DNA of 63,299 bases, counting the filler, from Rhabdomonas costata (taxonomy: Eukaryota), in NCBI GenBank assembly GCA_019059605.1. It is 50 parts of 50 records of this genome, joined end to end, with 100 filler letters (N's around TTAATTAATTAA, not from the genome) between each part and the next. Parts side by side here need not be neighbours in the genome. Positions count along the whole stretch, not along the records: positions 24,100 to 25,267 come from JAHMHO010025307.1; positions 25,368 to 26,535 come from JAHMHO010025308.1; positions 26,636 to 27,803 come from JAHMHO010025309.1; positions 27,904 to 29,071 come from JAHMHO010025310.1; positions 29,172 to 30,339 come from JAHMHO010025311.1; positions 30,440 to 31,607 come from JAHMHO010025312.1; positions 31,708 to 32,877 come from JAHMHO010025313.1; positions 32,978 to 34,145 come from JAHMHO010025314.1; 42 more parts are not named here. The stretch is one strand, 5' to 3'. Shown here one piece after another: positions 24,612-36,363 of the stretch (its first letter is position 1; each line of letters opens with the position of its first letter). The notes under the pieces were generated by a model. It saw only the letters and a program-made list of their open reading frames with translations, made no database searches and was not told where the DNA came from. Made by a program: the position numbers and the translations under genes.

Positions 24612-25267
24612 ATGTTTCGAACTTTGCCACTGTGGGTGTGTTTTGTGGTGGTGGTGGTGGCCTTCACGGGTGCCTTCACGGGAAGCTTGTGGGTAACCTT
24701 AAACTCCTCTGCCGTGTCCTCCATCGACGACCTCTCCGGTGTGATCCAGAGCACGGTGGTGAACGACCTCGAGCACCGGCTGCAGAGCGTGCTGGATGGA
24801 ATGATCCTTCTTCTGAACAGTTGGCGGGCCATTCCCGGGGTCGAGCACAGCACCCCCGCTGAAGTTTTCTCGTACACCTTCAATGTGATGAGCCTGACGC
24901 CTTCAGTGAGGGTTATGCTCTATGCGCGTCCTGATGGGGAGACCGTAGGTGGGGGCCGGACGTCCTCAGGGGGACTTTGCGTTAATTACCGTCCATCCTC
25001 CGAGCTGGGAACTCTGATCAACATGACCCTCTATAACTTCAACGGTTCTCTTGGGAATGCGTTCTACTCCACATTGTTTGACCCTCGTGTGCGGCCTTGG
25101 TACCATGAGGCGGTGGCTGCCCAAGGTCCCGTGTTTACTTACATGATTCGATCAGTTGTAGTCACTCAACAGAGCATTACCCTCTCCGCTGCGGTGTACC
25201 ACCCCAACCAGACGCTGGCCGCGGTGCTTGCCGTGCTGTACCCCTTCTCAGCACTTTCCAACCACCC
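24612..25267 (+). CDS. N-terminal TM plus extracellular Cache-like sensor domain, probably of a receptor-type cyclase; truncated by contig end
   Basis: TM helix (LWVCFVVVVVAFTGAFTGSLW), a long amphipathic helix, then the dCache signature FDPRVRPWYHEAVAAQGPVFT...ITLSAAVY...LAAVLAV. Confidence 0.8.
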
Positions 25268-28200
25268 NNNNNNNNNNNNNNNNNNNNNNNNNNNNNNNNN
25301 NNNNNNNNNNNTTAATTAATTAANNNNNNNNNNNNNNNNNNNNNNNNNNNNNNNNNNNNNNNNNNNNTGTGTTAAGTGTCTTTGGGTTGTGGTTGCCGCA
25401 CCACAGCCGCCTCTGTTCCGCGTTGGAACCAACCACCTCACATCGTGTCCTAACCCGAACCAGGCCGAATTGGGGTACCCGGAAACCCGGTACCATCTTG
25501 GGAGTGCAAACCCGAGAGAATGGAAAGAGCGACATGAGAAACGGTTTCTTTTCTTTTTATTATTTATTTATCTTTTTTTGCCTTTTTCGGCTTTTCTAAG
25601 GAACCTTGCACCTGTTCATGTTTATCGCCCTTCCAACGGACACGACTGTCTGACTCTGCTTTGATTCAATCGCTTTGTGGTGATTGATTTGCTTTTGTGT
25701 TGCCTGTTGCTAAAAGCTGGAGTCGCCTCAATTGGCTAGTGTTGTGTGCAACTGTTTATGTCCATCTGTTTTTTGTTCGCTAAATTCAACCCATTTCAAA
25801 AATGTTTCATTTTCAAAATTATGCATTGCAGCACCTCGTTTCTTCGCTGTTCGCTAGAGGCCTACCATCCCCTTACGACTAAGGCAATGGTCTGTGTTGT
25901 CAAAGCCCTTTCATCCTTTCCCCCCTTCATTTCTTTGCTCTTTTTGATGTTTGCTCTTTGCTGCAACAACGAATAATCCCTGTCTGAACTGCAGTGTTCC
26001 TCGCTTTTTTTTTGGGGGGGGGGGGGGTTGGGGTTCAAAATTCAGAAAGAAGCAGGGAGGTTTGAAAGCAGGAAGATAACAGCACTGCAACAACACAAAC
26101 ATTATACAGCTCTGGACCTAACGGATCCGCTCAAGCATAGGCCCGTGGGGAAAACAGACTTTTTCCGTTTCCGGCGCCTGTCCCCGTCCCCCATGGGAGT
26201 TGCAAGGCTCTCCCCATGTGCCCAACCTTGAACCGACGAGACCACAGGGGCATCGAACCGTCTACTTTGCCTGGTCTGGCCGAAAGAGCGTCGACCACAA
26301 ACCAAGCTGCACGGAGGACGTGTGCAGGGTCTGGCAGATGTACGAGAAGTCCTCCCACAACCGATGCGGCTCCCCGCGCAGCCGCAGCCCCCAGAGAGCC
26401 CTGCTCGGCCCGTGGAGCGCAGCCCCTGCCAAGCTCGCTGGAGGGGTTGGCCCATTTACGCCGCCTGCACTTCAATGGGGAGCTACTTCAGCACCGCTGC
26501 AGGCACGGGACTAGCACACGTTCCGCACCACAAACNNNNNNNNNNNNNNNNNNNNNNNNNNNNNNNNNNNNNNNNNNNNTTAATTAATTAANNNNNNNNN
26601 NNNNNNNNNNNNNNNNNNNNNNNNNNNNNNNNNNNGTGTTAGGGGAATATGACACTCACAAGGCTGTAATGAAATAAATGTTTTGCATTATAGATAAAAC
26701 AAGATTCCAACCTAGATGGCATATTGTTTAACTTTTATTTAGGCTAGATTCCAAATTAGTGCGTGACTTAAGTGGTATAATAAATAACTAAATAACTAAA
26801 TAAAACTGAACTTTAATATGCTGTTAATGAAAGAAATTATTATTTTGCAAATTTTGAATACATGAGTTTAGTGCGGACATGTATCATCAACTGTAAATAC
26901 AAAGAATTATCAACAAACTAGTAGTAAATTCAATCTGCTGATATATTTACTCCTATCGCAAGATCTCTCATTGCAAAACTAATCAAGATCAACGCTTAAA
27001 ACTAGGAATGACTTTGAAACTCTATCTAAAAGCTCATAGAAATTTATTTCATGCACGTAGATTGCCGCTCTGACTGCACTTGTTAATACTAGATGCCAAT
27101 CGCCTAACTAATTGTAATTTGTGTCTTCTTAGTACACGCTTTGACTAAACTGTGCACTTTATTGATTTAATGACGCGTTTTCTGAATCAGCAGCAAGGAA
27201 TAATGCAAGAAATAATCAAGCGGTAGACTATATAATAGCGGTTCTTTGCATGCTTAGTGGAATTCCACCTGGAAATAGCGTGAGATGTGTAATAACAAAG
27301 CATCACTTGCACAGCTCAACTCAAAGTGTATTTTGTTCTCACCAAAAACATGCCACATGACCGCGAATACTTAAGTGCATACATTGCTTCTAATTTCGCT
27401 AGAGAAGGTGATATAAAGTACACCCAACATCAAATGTTTATCTGGAAGTTAAGACCAACAGATTCAACGTAAACTATTTCAAAAAAGGAATAGATAACCG
27501 AGATAATCTACAAAAATGCTCACTCACATCACTGTCAAAAAATCAACGTCTTTTTTATCAAATGTTCCACTTCCTTTTCTGCATTTCATGTCTTTCATAC
27601 TTCTTATCCAAATCCAAATCTACAACCAATTAAAGAAGACATCTGCATTTCAGTCAGTCAGTTTTGCCACTGCAATAGTTAAGCGCTTGCGTTTAAAAAC
27701 ATTCACCTAGTAAATCCACTAGAACAGCAACAAAAATCGTATACAGCGCCAGAAAGAAAACAAACTAGAGTTGGTATTTTTTCTGCGCGGAATCCACACA
27801 AAANNNNNNNNNNNNNNNNNNNNNNNNNNNNNNNNNNNNNNNNNNNNTTAATTAATTAANNNNNNNNNNNNNNNNNNNNNNNNNNNNNNNNNNNNNNNNN
27901 NNNCACCCAGATGTGCACCGAGCTGCTGGGACGCGGCCTAGACCAGGTCCCTCGGGGGGGCGAGGGGGGGTCTCGGATGAAATACGAAACGGAAAGAAGA
28001 ATGGGACGGCCCTGCTTCTGGTTCTGCCCACGGACGGATGCTGTAGCTGGAAACTGGGTTTGTGGCCAAAACGAGGTAGGAAATGTCGAAGAAAACATTC
28101 GATTTGGGGGTAGGGGTTCCGCTTCGAATCCTTTTCAACATAGATAATGGATTGCGGCTTTGATTGTAGGTTAAGTGGGCTTGCCCTCGGGCTACCTGCC

Positions 28201-28546
28201 TGTCTCGTTGATGTTGGTTTTTTGTCCGCTTTCTTTCGGTGAAGAGGGAATCAGCTCCAGAACCCAATCACGGTCAAACAGTCGCAGTTTTCATGATCCC
28301 CTCCCCCTTCTACTACTATTGCTACTTCCCCTTCAAATGGGAAGTGCCGACGAAGTTGTTCTTGCCCCCACAAACGTAATCCATGTTCTGTGTTCTGTTG
28401 TCATATGTGGCAATTAGCTCTCTTGTGACGCGCCCCCTCCCCAAATGTATAGTTTTTGTTTTTTTGATGAATTCCTTCCTTCGGCTGCGAGTGGCAGCGG
28501 AAAGGCATGGGCTGGTATTTGTCTGCGAGGTTGGGCGGGTGCCTAG

Positions 28547-28676
28547 CTTGTGGACAACATGATGGATTTCCTGGGCTCCATCCAGAGCACCATGCTAGGA
28601 ACGTACTCCTACTTTACCACCATCGGCGTGGACCTCAACCGTCTGCAGGACCTCCTCAGCCTATCACCTTACCTAC
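28547..28676 (+). CDS. Exon of hypothetical protein
   Basis: ctag|LVDNMMDFLGSIQSTMLGTYSYFTTIGVDLNRLQDLLSLSPYL|gtgagt, with GC3-biased codons. Confidence 0.5.
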
Positions 28677-30025
28677 GTGAGTTGCTGCTCTCACTCCCTC
28701 CGCTCCCCCCCCCCTCCTCTTCTTCTGAGGCTGAGACACTGATTGAAGAGCTCGAACCGAATTTATGGGCGTGATCTGGATTTTTCAAACCACGTCCCGC
28801 AGCAGGTTGTCAATTGTGGGCGCTCACCTCATAAGGTTTCCCAATTATTGGTAATCAGCGTAGACGCCCTCGAACTTGGCTCGCATAGGTGGGCCTACCA
28901 AGATATGTTCGCTCATGTCCGCTTAAGTGGTAATTCTAGACATTCTGGTCGCAAATATGCAAAATGCAACCAAGCGGACAGGGTAAAGAAGGATCATTTT
29001 AGTTCGTTTTTTATCTTTCGACCTTTTTTCGCTACAAGGTCGAAACAAAAAAACTAAACACACCTAACACANNNNNNNNNNNNNNNNNNNNNNNNNNNNN
29101 NNNNNNNNNNNNNNNTTAATTAATTAANNNNNNNNNNNNNNNNNNNNNNNNNNNNNNNNNNNNNNNNNNNNCGCCTGCAGCCCACCAAAATCACCACGTC
29201 GCTGCATCACTGGCACGGGCGAGCCCACTAAACACGAAGAAGCCGTGCAAGGTCAGGCTACCTGCCTGGCCCGCGCCAGCTGCCGCGCCACAGCACGCGC
29301 CAGCGCATCGGCCACAGCACAAAAAATTGAAATATGAAACTTTGGTCCATCTGGGCATACTAGTAAAAGAGTCTGATTGCGGGGGACGTGTAGCATTTTT
29401 GGCGGAGACGGGATTGAAATTCATGTCGAGCAGGGTTTTCTAAAATACTTTGCGTTGGGTTCTATGATCTGAACGTTTCCCCCTTTATTCTTTCAGATGG
29501 ACAAGTTTTGGTGCCTCGAAAGACAGTGGACCCACTTCTGCCGAAACTTCAGCCCATCGAGGACCCCAAAGAGGCAAGGGCCACAGCATCGTCCCATTCA
29601 TGTTCATCGCCCATTCATTCGGTCAACTGGTCGAGTGCTCCCCTCCCCACAGCTGGGGTAAGCGGAAACCACTGAGTGCTGCCAACCGAAGACCAAGTTT
29701 CCCGAAGGGAAATCTATCATTCCGCGTTGGTCTACGGCTGAAACTAGGAAGCAGTGTGAGCCTTGAGCCATTTTCGTTACGGAACGGTGTATTTCTAACT
29801 TCTTCACCCTCTCAGGTTCGTGGAAACTGTGCTAAACCCGGGTGTAAGGGAGCGCCACGCAGAAGGGGGTGCTGGTTCTGGACGTGTTTGCGGGGCAACG
29901 GGAGGCTGAGGTTATGCACAAGTTGGAGCTCGCGCATTGGATCTATGGAATTTAACTCTTATTTGGAAGAACAAGCCATTTCAGCAAAAAAAAAAAATTC
30001 GTTCTTTTTGTTTTTTTGTGTCCAG

Positions 30026-30214
30026 CCCCTTGGTGTCTGCCGCAACCGCAGGGTGAAGGACGCTCTTCGGCAGTTCGTGGTGGTATGCGGAGGAAGTGCA
30101 AAAACTGCCGAAACGAACGCCAATATCGCCGTGGACTTTTCGCTTAGCAACGTGAAGGATGCAAGCCGGGTAATTGCAGCCCAAGGAGGCGGACCGACCA
30201 GAGGAACAAAGGAA
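30026..30214 (+). CDS. Exon of hypothetical protein
   Basis: Polypyrimidine tract plus ccag|, an open frame (RVKDALRQFVVVCGG...), and a |gtgagc donor. Confidence 0.4.
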
Positions 30215-30459
30215 GTGAGCTGGATAACCCCCTTTCCAGTGTGGCTCGTTCCAGGAGACGGCGGTGTTTGCGTACCCCCTCCCCTGGTTCCGTTCTATGA
30301 GCTTGAATTTCGCGGTGTCTTGAAAAATCTATGACACCANNNNNNNNNNNNNNNNNNNNNNNNNNNNNNNNNNNNNNNNNNNNTTAATTAATTAANNNNN
30401 NNNNNNNNNNNNNNNNNNNNNNNNNNNNNNNNNNNNNNNGTGTTGGGTGTGGTTGGTGG

Positions 30460-31351
30460 TTGGTGGACAAGGTGATCGGGGACCGCGTGCTGTGCCTGTG
30501 GAACGTGCCGCGGCGGTGCGCCCGAGCGGAGTACTTCGCGGTGAAGGCGGGTCTGGCGATGGCGGCGCGGTGGCAGGGCCACCTGGAGGCCCTGCGCTCC
30601 CCGGCCGCGGGAGACCGCGTGACTCCGCCGAAGCTTTGTGTGGGCATTGCCAGCTCCATGGTCTTCTTCGGCAACGTGGGGAGTGACACCATGAAGGTAG
30701 GGCGGCTGGGCGATTGATCGTTTGTCTTTGGATGTGTGCTGGATACTTGTACTTCATCTGTCGTACAGAGGATGTCCATCAGGGCATGTGGGGGGCCACC
30801 AGGTGCCATTGTGTGTGTGTGCGCGAGAGTACTCGAGCTTTTTAAGTGATCTGAAGCATCTGGAGTTGTTTGTCTTTGAGCCGAATTTCTTCTCCCTCTT
30901 CTGGATGTCCCGCCTTCTCCGCCTTGACCCAAACTGCACAGGTCTTCACTGTGGTGGGGGAGGCCCTGGAGTACGCCGTGGCCCTGCAGCGGGCGGGCTG
31001 CAAGGCTCACGGAGTGGCTGTGCTTGTGACGGAGGCCGTGGCGAAGCAGGTGCCCTTGCTTTTCTTTCCGATTCTTTCGCTGCAAAACAGGGAAATTGAT
31101 TTGCCTTCTAATTCTTATCGAGATAATGTTCTTTCTCTCATCTCTTGTTTTCTCACGTTGTTCCGTTGTTCCGTCTTCTCTTTCCTCTCGCCGAATTCGT
31201 GTGCACGTGCGCACCTTTAGGTGGATTGCTACATGAAGTGTGTTCCGTGCACGGTGCTCCGGCTGGCCTACCGCAGCCCGGTGAAGGTGCTGCCATGCCT
31301 TCAGCCGCTGGAGGAGTCCGCCGGGGGAATCTCCGAGAACCAAGACATGGA
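30460..31351 (+). CDS. Class III nucleotide cyclase-like domain (degenerate), exons ~30460-30696, 30942-31049, 31221-~31351
   Basis: VDKVIGDRVLCLWN...LCVGIASSMVFFGNVGSDTMK|VFTVVGEALEYAVALQ...VLVTEAVAKQ|V, with two phase-0 GT-AG introns. Confidence 0.85.
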
Positions 31352-32682
31352 GTATGCAAGCTCCCCCTCGCAGCTGCACAAACAACCACCCACACAGCAG
31401 AGTGGTTGAGCATGCCCCCTCCTCACTCCACCTTTGCTGCACCCCGAACCTGTGATGAAACGCGAACCTCAGGAATATTTTTACCCAACTAAAATCGGAC
31501 GTACATGCAACTCCAGCTTTAATTAGTGCGAACGTGAACGTATGAAAGGTAAGTGAAAGGCGGAATGCAAGCTTTTCTGAAACACTGCACACACACACAC
31601 CCACACANNNNNNNNNNNNNNNNNNNNNNNNNNNNNNNNNNNNNNNNNNNNTTAATTAATTAANNNNNNNNNNNNNNNNNNNNNNNNNNNNNNNNNNNNN
31701 NNNNNNNACTCTGGGTGTGCATATGAAGAGCCCCTGCTGGGCATTTCATAAGTCTGCTTGCTTTTTCAAAACCTCGCCACCGCCCATTTAGAATCGCGGC
31801 TGGGGAAATCACTCAGGACATTCGTATCTGAGTGGCTGGGGAATTTTGCACAGGTAGTGGGGTGACGGAAAGATTGAAAGGTCATGTGGGTTCTAAGCAT
31901 TGAATAACGTTAGCGATGGGGCTGGAGCGGTTCCACTGGTTAACCTCGTGCGCGAACACAGACCAATCCCTCCCTATGCTGGCGCTGCCTACTTCCCAAC
32001 CAACACTGGTTTTTGATCTTCGTTCTCGCTCGTTTCAAGGTCAAGAGAAAAAAGGGCATTTATGGGACACTCCGTATCCCTTGTCTGCGAACGCAACCCG
32101 TCTTGTTGTGATTCCCCTGGGACTTGAATAAGAGCTTGGGGAGATTTGAATTGTTCGGTGGTCGGATCGGGAAGGTCGGGCGGGCACCATACCCCTGGGT
32201 GGGTGATTAGTGGTGTGTGGTCTTGCCGCGTTGGCAGATGCGTAACATCGAAATGGACGCAAAAGGATCGATTGGAATTGGATTGGAAGAATCGGAAATG
32301 TACCCAGTCTTCGGCTAGCGGTGGTTGTGTTTGCATGTTTCCATGGGGGGGGGGTGAATGCTCAGGAGTGCCAGTGGGCTAGCCACCACGGCCAGCTCTT
32401 CAGCGGCACCACCTCAGCACAGGTACAACATTTCACACCCTTTCTCTCCAAAACACGGGGATTATCGTCTTTCGCTGTATTCATGAGTGCGCGCCGGGGA
32501 ACCTTTGGAAAGCGCAATCTCTCTCTCTGTAAAAGCGTGCTCGATTTGAATGCGCACCTCTCTTCGCTTGAGGTTTGCGCGAACATTCCCTGTCTGTGCG
32601 TTCTGTCGTTGTCTCTCTTTAAAGTGGAGACCAGCTTACCGACGCTTTTCTCTCGGCGGCCAACGCCATCCATACCATGGGG

Positions 32683-32684
<2 letters not shown>

Positions 32685-32722
<38 letters not shown>
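32685..32722. repeat. (TC)19 microsatellite
   Basis: Direct reading. Confidence 0.95.
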
Positions 32723-32724
<2 letters not shown>

Positions 32725-33552
32725 GAAACACCCTCCTGGGAGGCTGCGTTCTATTATTGTGAAGTGCCTGTGCTTTTGTTTTTGACCTCGCGATCCTTTC
32801 GGGTTGGTGCGACGTTTGCATGCTTGTCTTTTTGCTTTTCGGGTCGCTCGAGTCTACGGGTGGTGCGCAAAACAAAANNNNNNNNNNNNNNNNNNNNNNN
32901 NNNNNNNNNNNNNNNNNNNNNTTAATTAATTAANNNNNNNNNNNNNNNNNNNNNNNNNNNNNNNNNNNNNNNNNNNNGTGTTTTTGTGGGCGGGGTGAGC
33001 ATACCCGTGGGTGTCTTTTTTCCACACGTGCGCGCACTCACTCACGGAGTTGTTGACAAGGGAGCAAGAAGGCACTCTGAGGCCATGGGAACTGGGGCAT
33101 ATTGTGTCATTTCCCGGCGCCGCAACAAAGCAGCGAGTAGAGAACGGTAGCTGCACGATTCTTGGGCTTCTTTCCTGTGCACGCTGTCGAAATTCCACCC
33201 TGGGTCTCTTTGAAAAAATCAAATTCACTAAGAAAATGCCAGAACGCGAAACACTAAATCCCGCCGGGGGCACGTTTTCCGGGCCCTTCATTTTGTTACC
33301 GTGTGTCACTGGACTCCTGAAGATGACGGAGATGACTTCCATTTCGTGTCCATCCAACAGGGAACTTGTTTTTTCCAATCCGAGTTTGTGAATGTGGGTC
33401 TGTGCATCCTCCCCAATGTGGATCGTATGGTTCGAAATGTTTTCTCGCCTGGGGACCATTTTGGCCTCTCTAGAGAAATTGTAATGATTGTCTGAGAAAC
33501 CCTGTACTGGTGTTGGGGGTTTCTCCCTTGTTTTACGCGGTGGGGGTCGCAG

Positions 33553-33969
33553 GGGATGCGGGTGGAGCCCCGGCTCAGCGAGCAGCAGTTCGGTAACTTC
33601 CAGGACTACGACGAGATGCTGCGGTGTAAGAAGGAGCGCGCGGTGTTCGGGCGGTTCTACTACCGCTTCCCGAACGGCGAGTCCGGGGTACACCCCCACA
33701 CACACAGACACACACCTATCCAGCCCCATTCCGCCCCCCTTGGCCCGTACTCGTCTCTTTTTTTTGAAGGACAGTTTTTTCACTTACTCGTTCACTCACT
33801 CACCCACTCACGCACGCATGCACGCACGCATTCAGCTGGACGTCTACAACCGGGTGGATAGCCTGGTCTCCACGATGCGCCGCGACAGCAGCTTCCACGA
33901 CTGCGACAACCTGGTGCTGGTCACCCACGGGCTGCTGATCCGGCTATTCCTGATGCGGTGGTACCAGTG
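33553..33969 (+). CDS. Histidine phosphatase / phosphoglycerate mutase-like (Det1-like), exons 33553-33687 and 33836-33969
   Basis: EPRLSEQQFGNFQD...FGRFYYRFPNGESG|LDVYNRV...LVLVTHGLLIRLFLMRWYQW, with a phase-0 GT-AG intron. Confidence 0.9.
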
Positions 33970-34429
33970 GTCAGTGATCAGGTTGTTGTTTTGGCTGCAT
34001 CCCCGCTCTCCCCTGCTCCCCGCAGACCCCTCTTTTCCTATCCTCGCTCTTATTGGCGATGACTCATCTCCGCCGCCGGGGGTCGAAACGCCGGTCACAT
34101 CAGGAGACCAGCCGGCTGGTCAGCCCAGTGTTCCCCCCCCCCCACNNNNNNNNNNNNNNNNNNNNNNNNNNNNNNNNNNNNNNNNNNNNTTAATTAATTA
34201 ANNNNNNNNNNNNNNNNNNNNNNNNNNNNNNNNNNNNNNNNNNNNTTCATTGTGGGCGGATGTATGGGGGTGTCGATGTCACACAGGGAAGGTGGGACCA
34301 GTGCGGTGACGCGGTGTGGCACATTGACTGGGAACATGATAGAAAGATCTTGGATTAGAGTGATGTAGCATGATCGGTTGTCGGTAGCATGATCAACTGT
34401 CAAGGAGTCGGAGTCTTGCATCTGGGTCA

Positions 34430-35405
34430 CGAAGGGATGTCGAGGCATTGAGGCATCGAGGCATCCCGTAGTAGGAAGGGCATCTGCGATAGGTTTACCC
34501 TTTACCCCTTACACCCATACCTTACACACAGCGCGTAGCGGTGGAGGAGGCAGTATGCCAACACGTATACAACAGGAGGCATTCGAGGGACCGAGAATGC
34601 CGACATGAAGAAGGAACGAACGAGCTGATGCGAGTGAGTGACAGGAGTACAGAATACTCAGTAGCAGGAGGGAACATGAGCGGAGCGATTGTGACCGACA
34701 GAGTGAACAGGAGACATGAACGCAGTGAATGTCGAGTGTGAACCGTGATCGAAAGAACGTATGCAGAGGAGACATGAAACACGAACGCAGTGAGAGTTGA
34801 ATGTCGACGTCAGGAGGAACAAAGCGCAGCGAAGTGACGACCAAGGAGCAAGGAACGAGGAACGCAGTGACAAGTGACGTAGCGACCAAAAGGAACGAAG
34901 ACACGAACGAGCTGATGCGAGTGAGAGTCGGAGTGACAGAATACCCATTATGCAGAGGAACATGAGACATGAACGCAGTGAATGTCGATTGTGACGTCGG
35001 AGGAACATGAGCGAGTGCAACGAGCGATTGTGACGACAAAGGAACGAAGGAGCGTAGCGACTGAGAGACAGAATACCCACTATAAACAAGGAGGAACATG
35101 AGCGTAGCGATTGTGACGACCTAGGAACGAGGAAGGAGCGTAGCGACGACCGAGTGACAGAATACTGAATACTCCCTTGATGTCTTCGAGGTCTCGGAAC
35201 CGGGTAGCGGTGGAGAGACCGAGGCATCACTCGTAGGAGGAAGGATGCGAGGGACCGAGCATCCTGACGACCAGCAGATACTCGTCGTCACTTCACCACC
35301 ATAAGGGACAGGAGCGCAGCATCGACCTACAGCATAAACCCTTCTCTGAGTTCAGCATTTAGGAGGAGATGACGACCGAAGGGAGGCATCGACGACATCA
35401 AAGCA
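34430..35405 (+). repeat. Array of nested GA-mismatch/GNA-triloop hairpin modules (non-coding, purine-skewed)
   Basis: Recurring GAACGCAGTGA, GAGCGTAGCGA, GAACGAGCTGATGCGAGTGA and ACAGAATAC modules with complementary spacers. Confidence 0.85.
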
Positions 35406-35643
35406 TCTTTTACNNNNNNNNNNNNNNNNNNNNNNNNNNNNNNNNNNNNNNNNNNNNTTAATTAATTAANNNNNNNNNNNNNNNNNNNNNNNNNNNNNNN
35501 NNNNNNNNNNNNNTGTTTTGGTTTCATTCTGAGCCCCTCTAAAAACGAAACGAAAAGGAAAACTACTGTACCCTCTCCAGCCACGATACAACCCAGGGTT
35601 GGAAATATAGGAAAGGGGATCAATGGAGGAGAGGGCGGGGTGC

Positions 35644-36363
35644 CTTGTCAATGGCAGCCGCGGTGGCCTCCACGAGGGCTTCGGGGGTGGGCGCCGCGAG
35701 AAGAAGCATGTCGGGGGGCAGAACTTCTGGGACACCCCCAACAGCAGTGCTGACCACAAGAAGCCCGCAGGAGGCTATTAGAGAGTGATGTAATGAAAAA
35801 TTTAAGAGCAGCCACGATTGTGTGTTGGGTACGCACACGCATTTGAACGTAAGTCGAAATGCATGCGAATTTACGACTCATTCACCAACCTTCAACTAAA
35901 ATGTCTGCCTGTTAGTGGGAGGTCAGCCCAGGATATGCTGTAAACCTTCATGTCTCTCATTCTTCACAATTCATTAGTTTTCACAGCCAGATCAATATAC
36001 GACAGACAAAAAAGAAAAAAAATCATCTGGAATGTGTGTCAGTGAAATACGGCAGAGGGAAAAGTGGAAGGGAGACTAGGGAAAAAAGGAAGCAAAAAAG
36101 CTTGGTCGGCGCGGAAGGAGCGTATGTAAGTTTAATTCACTCCACACCATTCACCAGAGAGGATGGGCCTGTGTGCACACGCAGGTGCGGGCTAGTCATA
36201 CACACAGACCTGCCTCGATAATCGCAATGCAAAAGGCGTCGGTAAGGGAGCAGTTCAGGAAGATCTGCCCACGGCGCAGCACCTCCGGAACCTCTCCCTG
36301 GGCAACCTCCCCCAGGACCTCCACTCGGTCGAACAGGGAGTGGCGCTCGACCATCTCCCCAAC
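35644..36363 (-). CDS. PIGA: Phosphatidylinositol N-acetylglucosaminyltransferase subunit A (PIG-A/GPI3), exons ~36363-36210 and 35774-~35644
   Basis: EMVERHSLFDRVEVLG...VLRRGQIFLNCSLTDAFCIAIIEA|ASCGLLVVSTAVGGVPEVLP, with a phase-1 GT-AG intron. Confidence 0.9.

Noticed and set aside
27258-27295. GGAATTCC...TAGCGTGAGATGTGTA resembles an SSU rRNA segment
   Set aside because: No flanking universal rRNA motifs are recognisable.
30384-31604. 406-aa minus-strand ORF
   Set aside because: Antisense shadow of the spliced cyclase on the + strand.
34509-35230. Long minus-strand ORFs (196 and 190 aa), and similarly 5095-5670
   Set aside because: By-products of the TC-rich complement of the hairpin repeat. 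Repetitive SLRS peptides, no domain, no codon bias.
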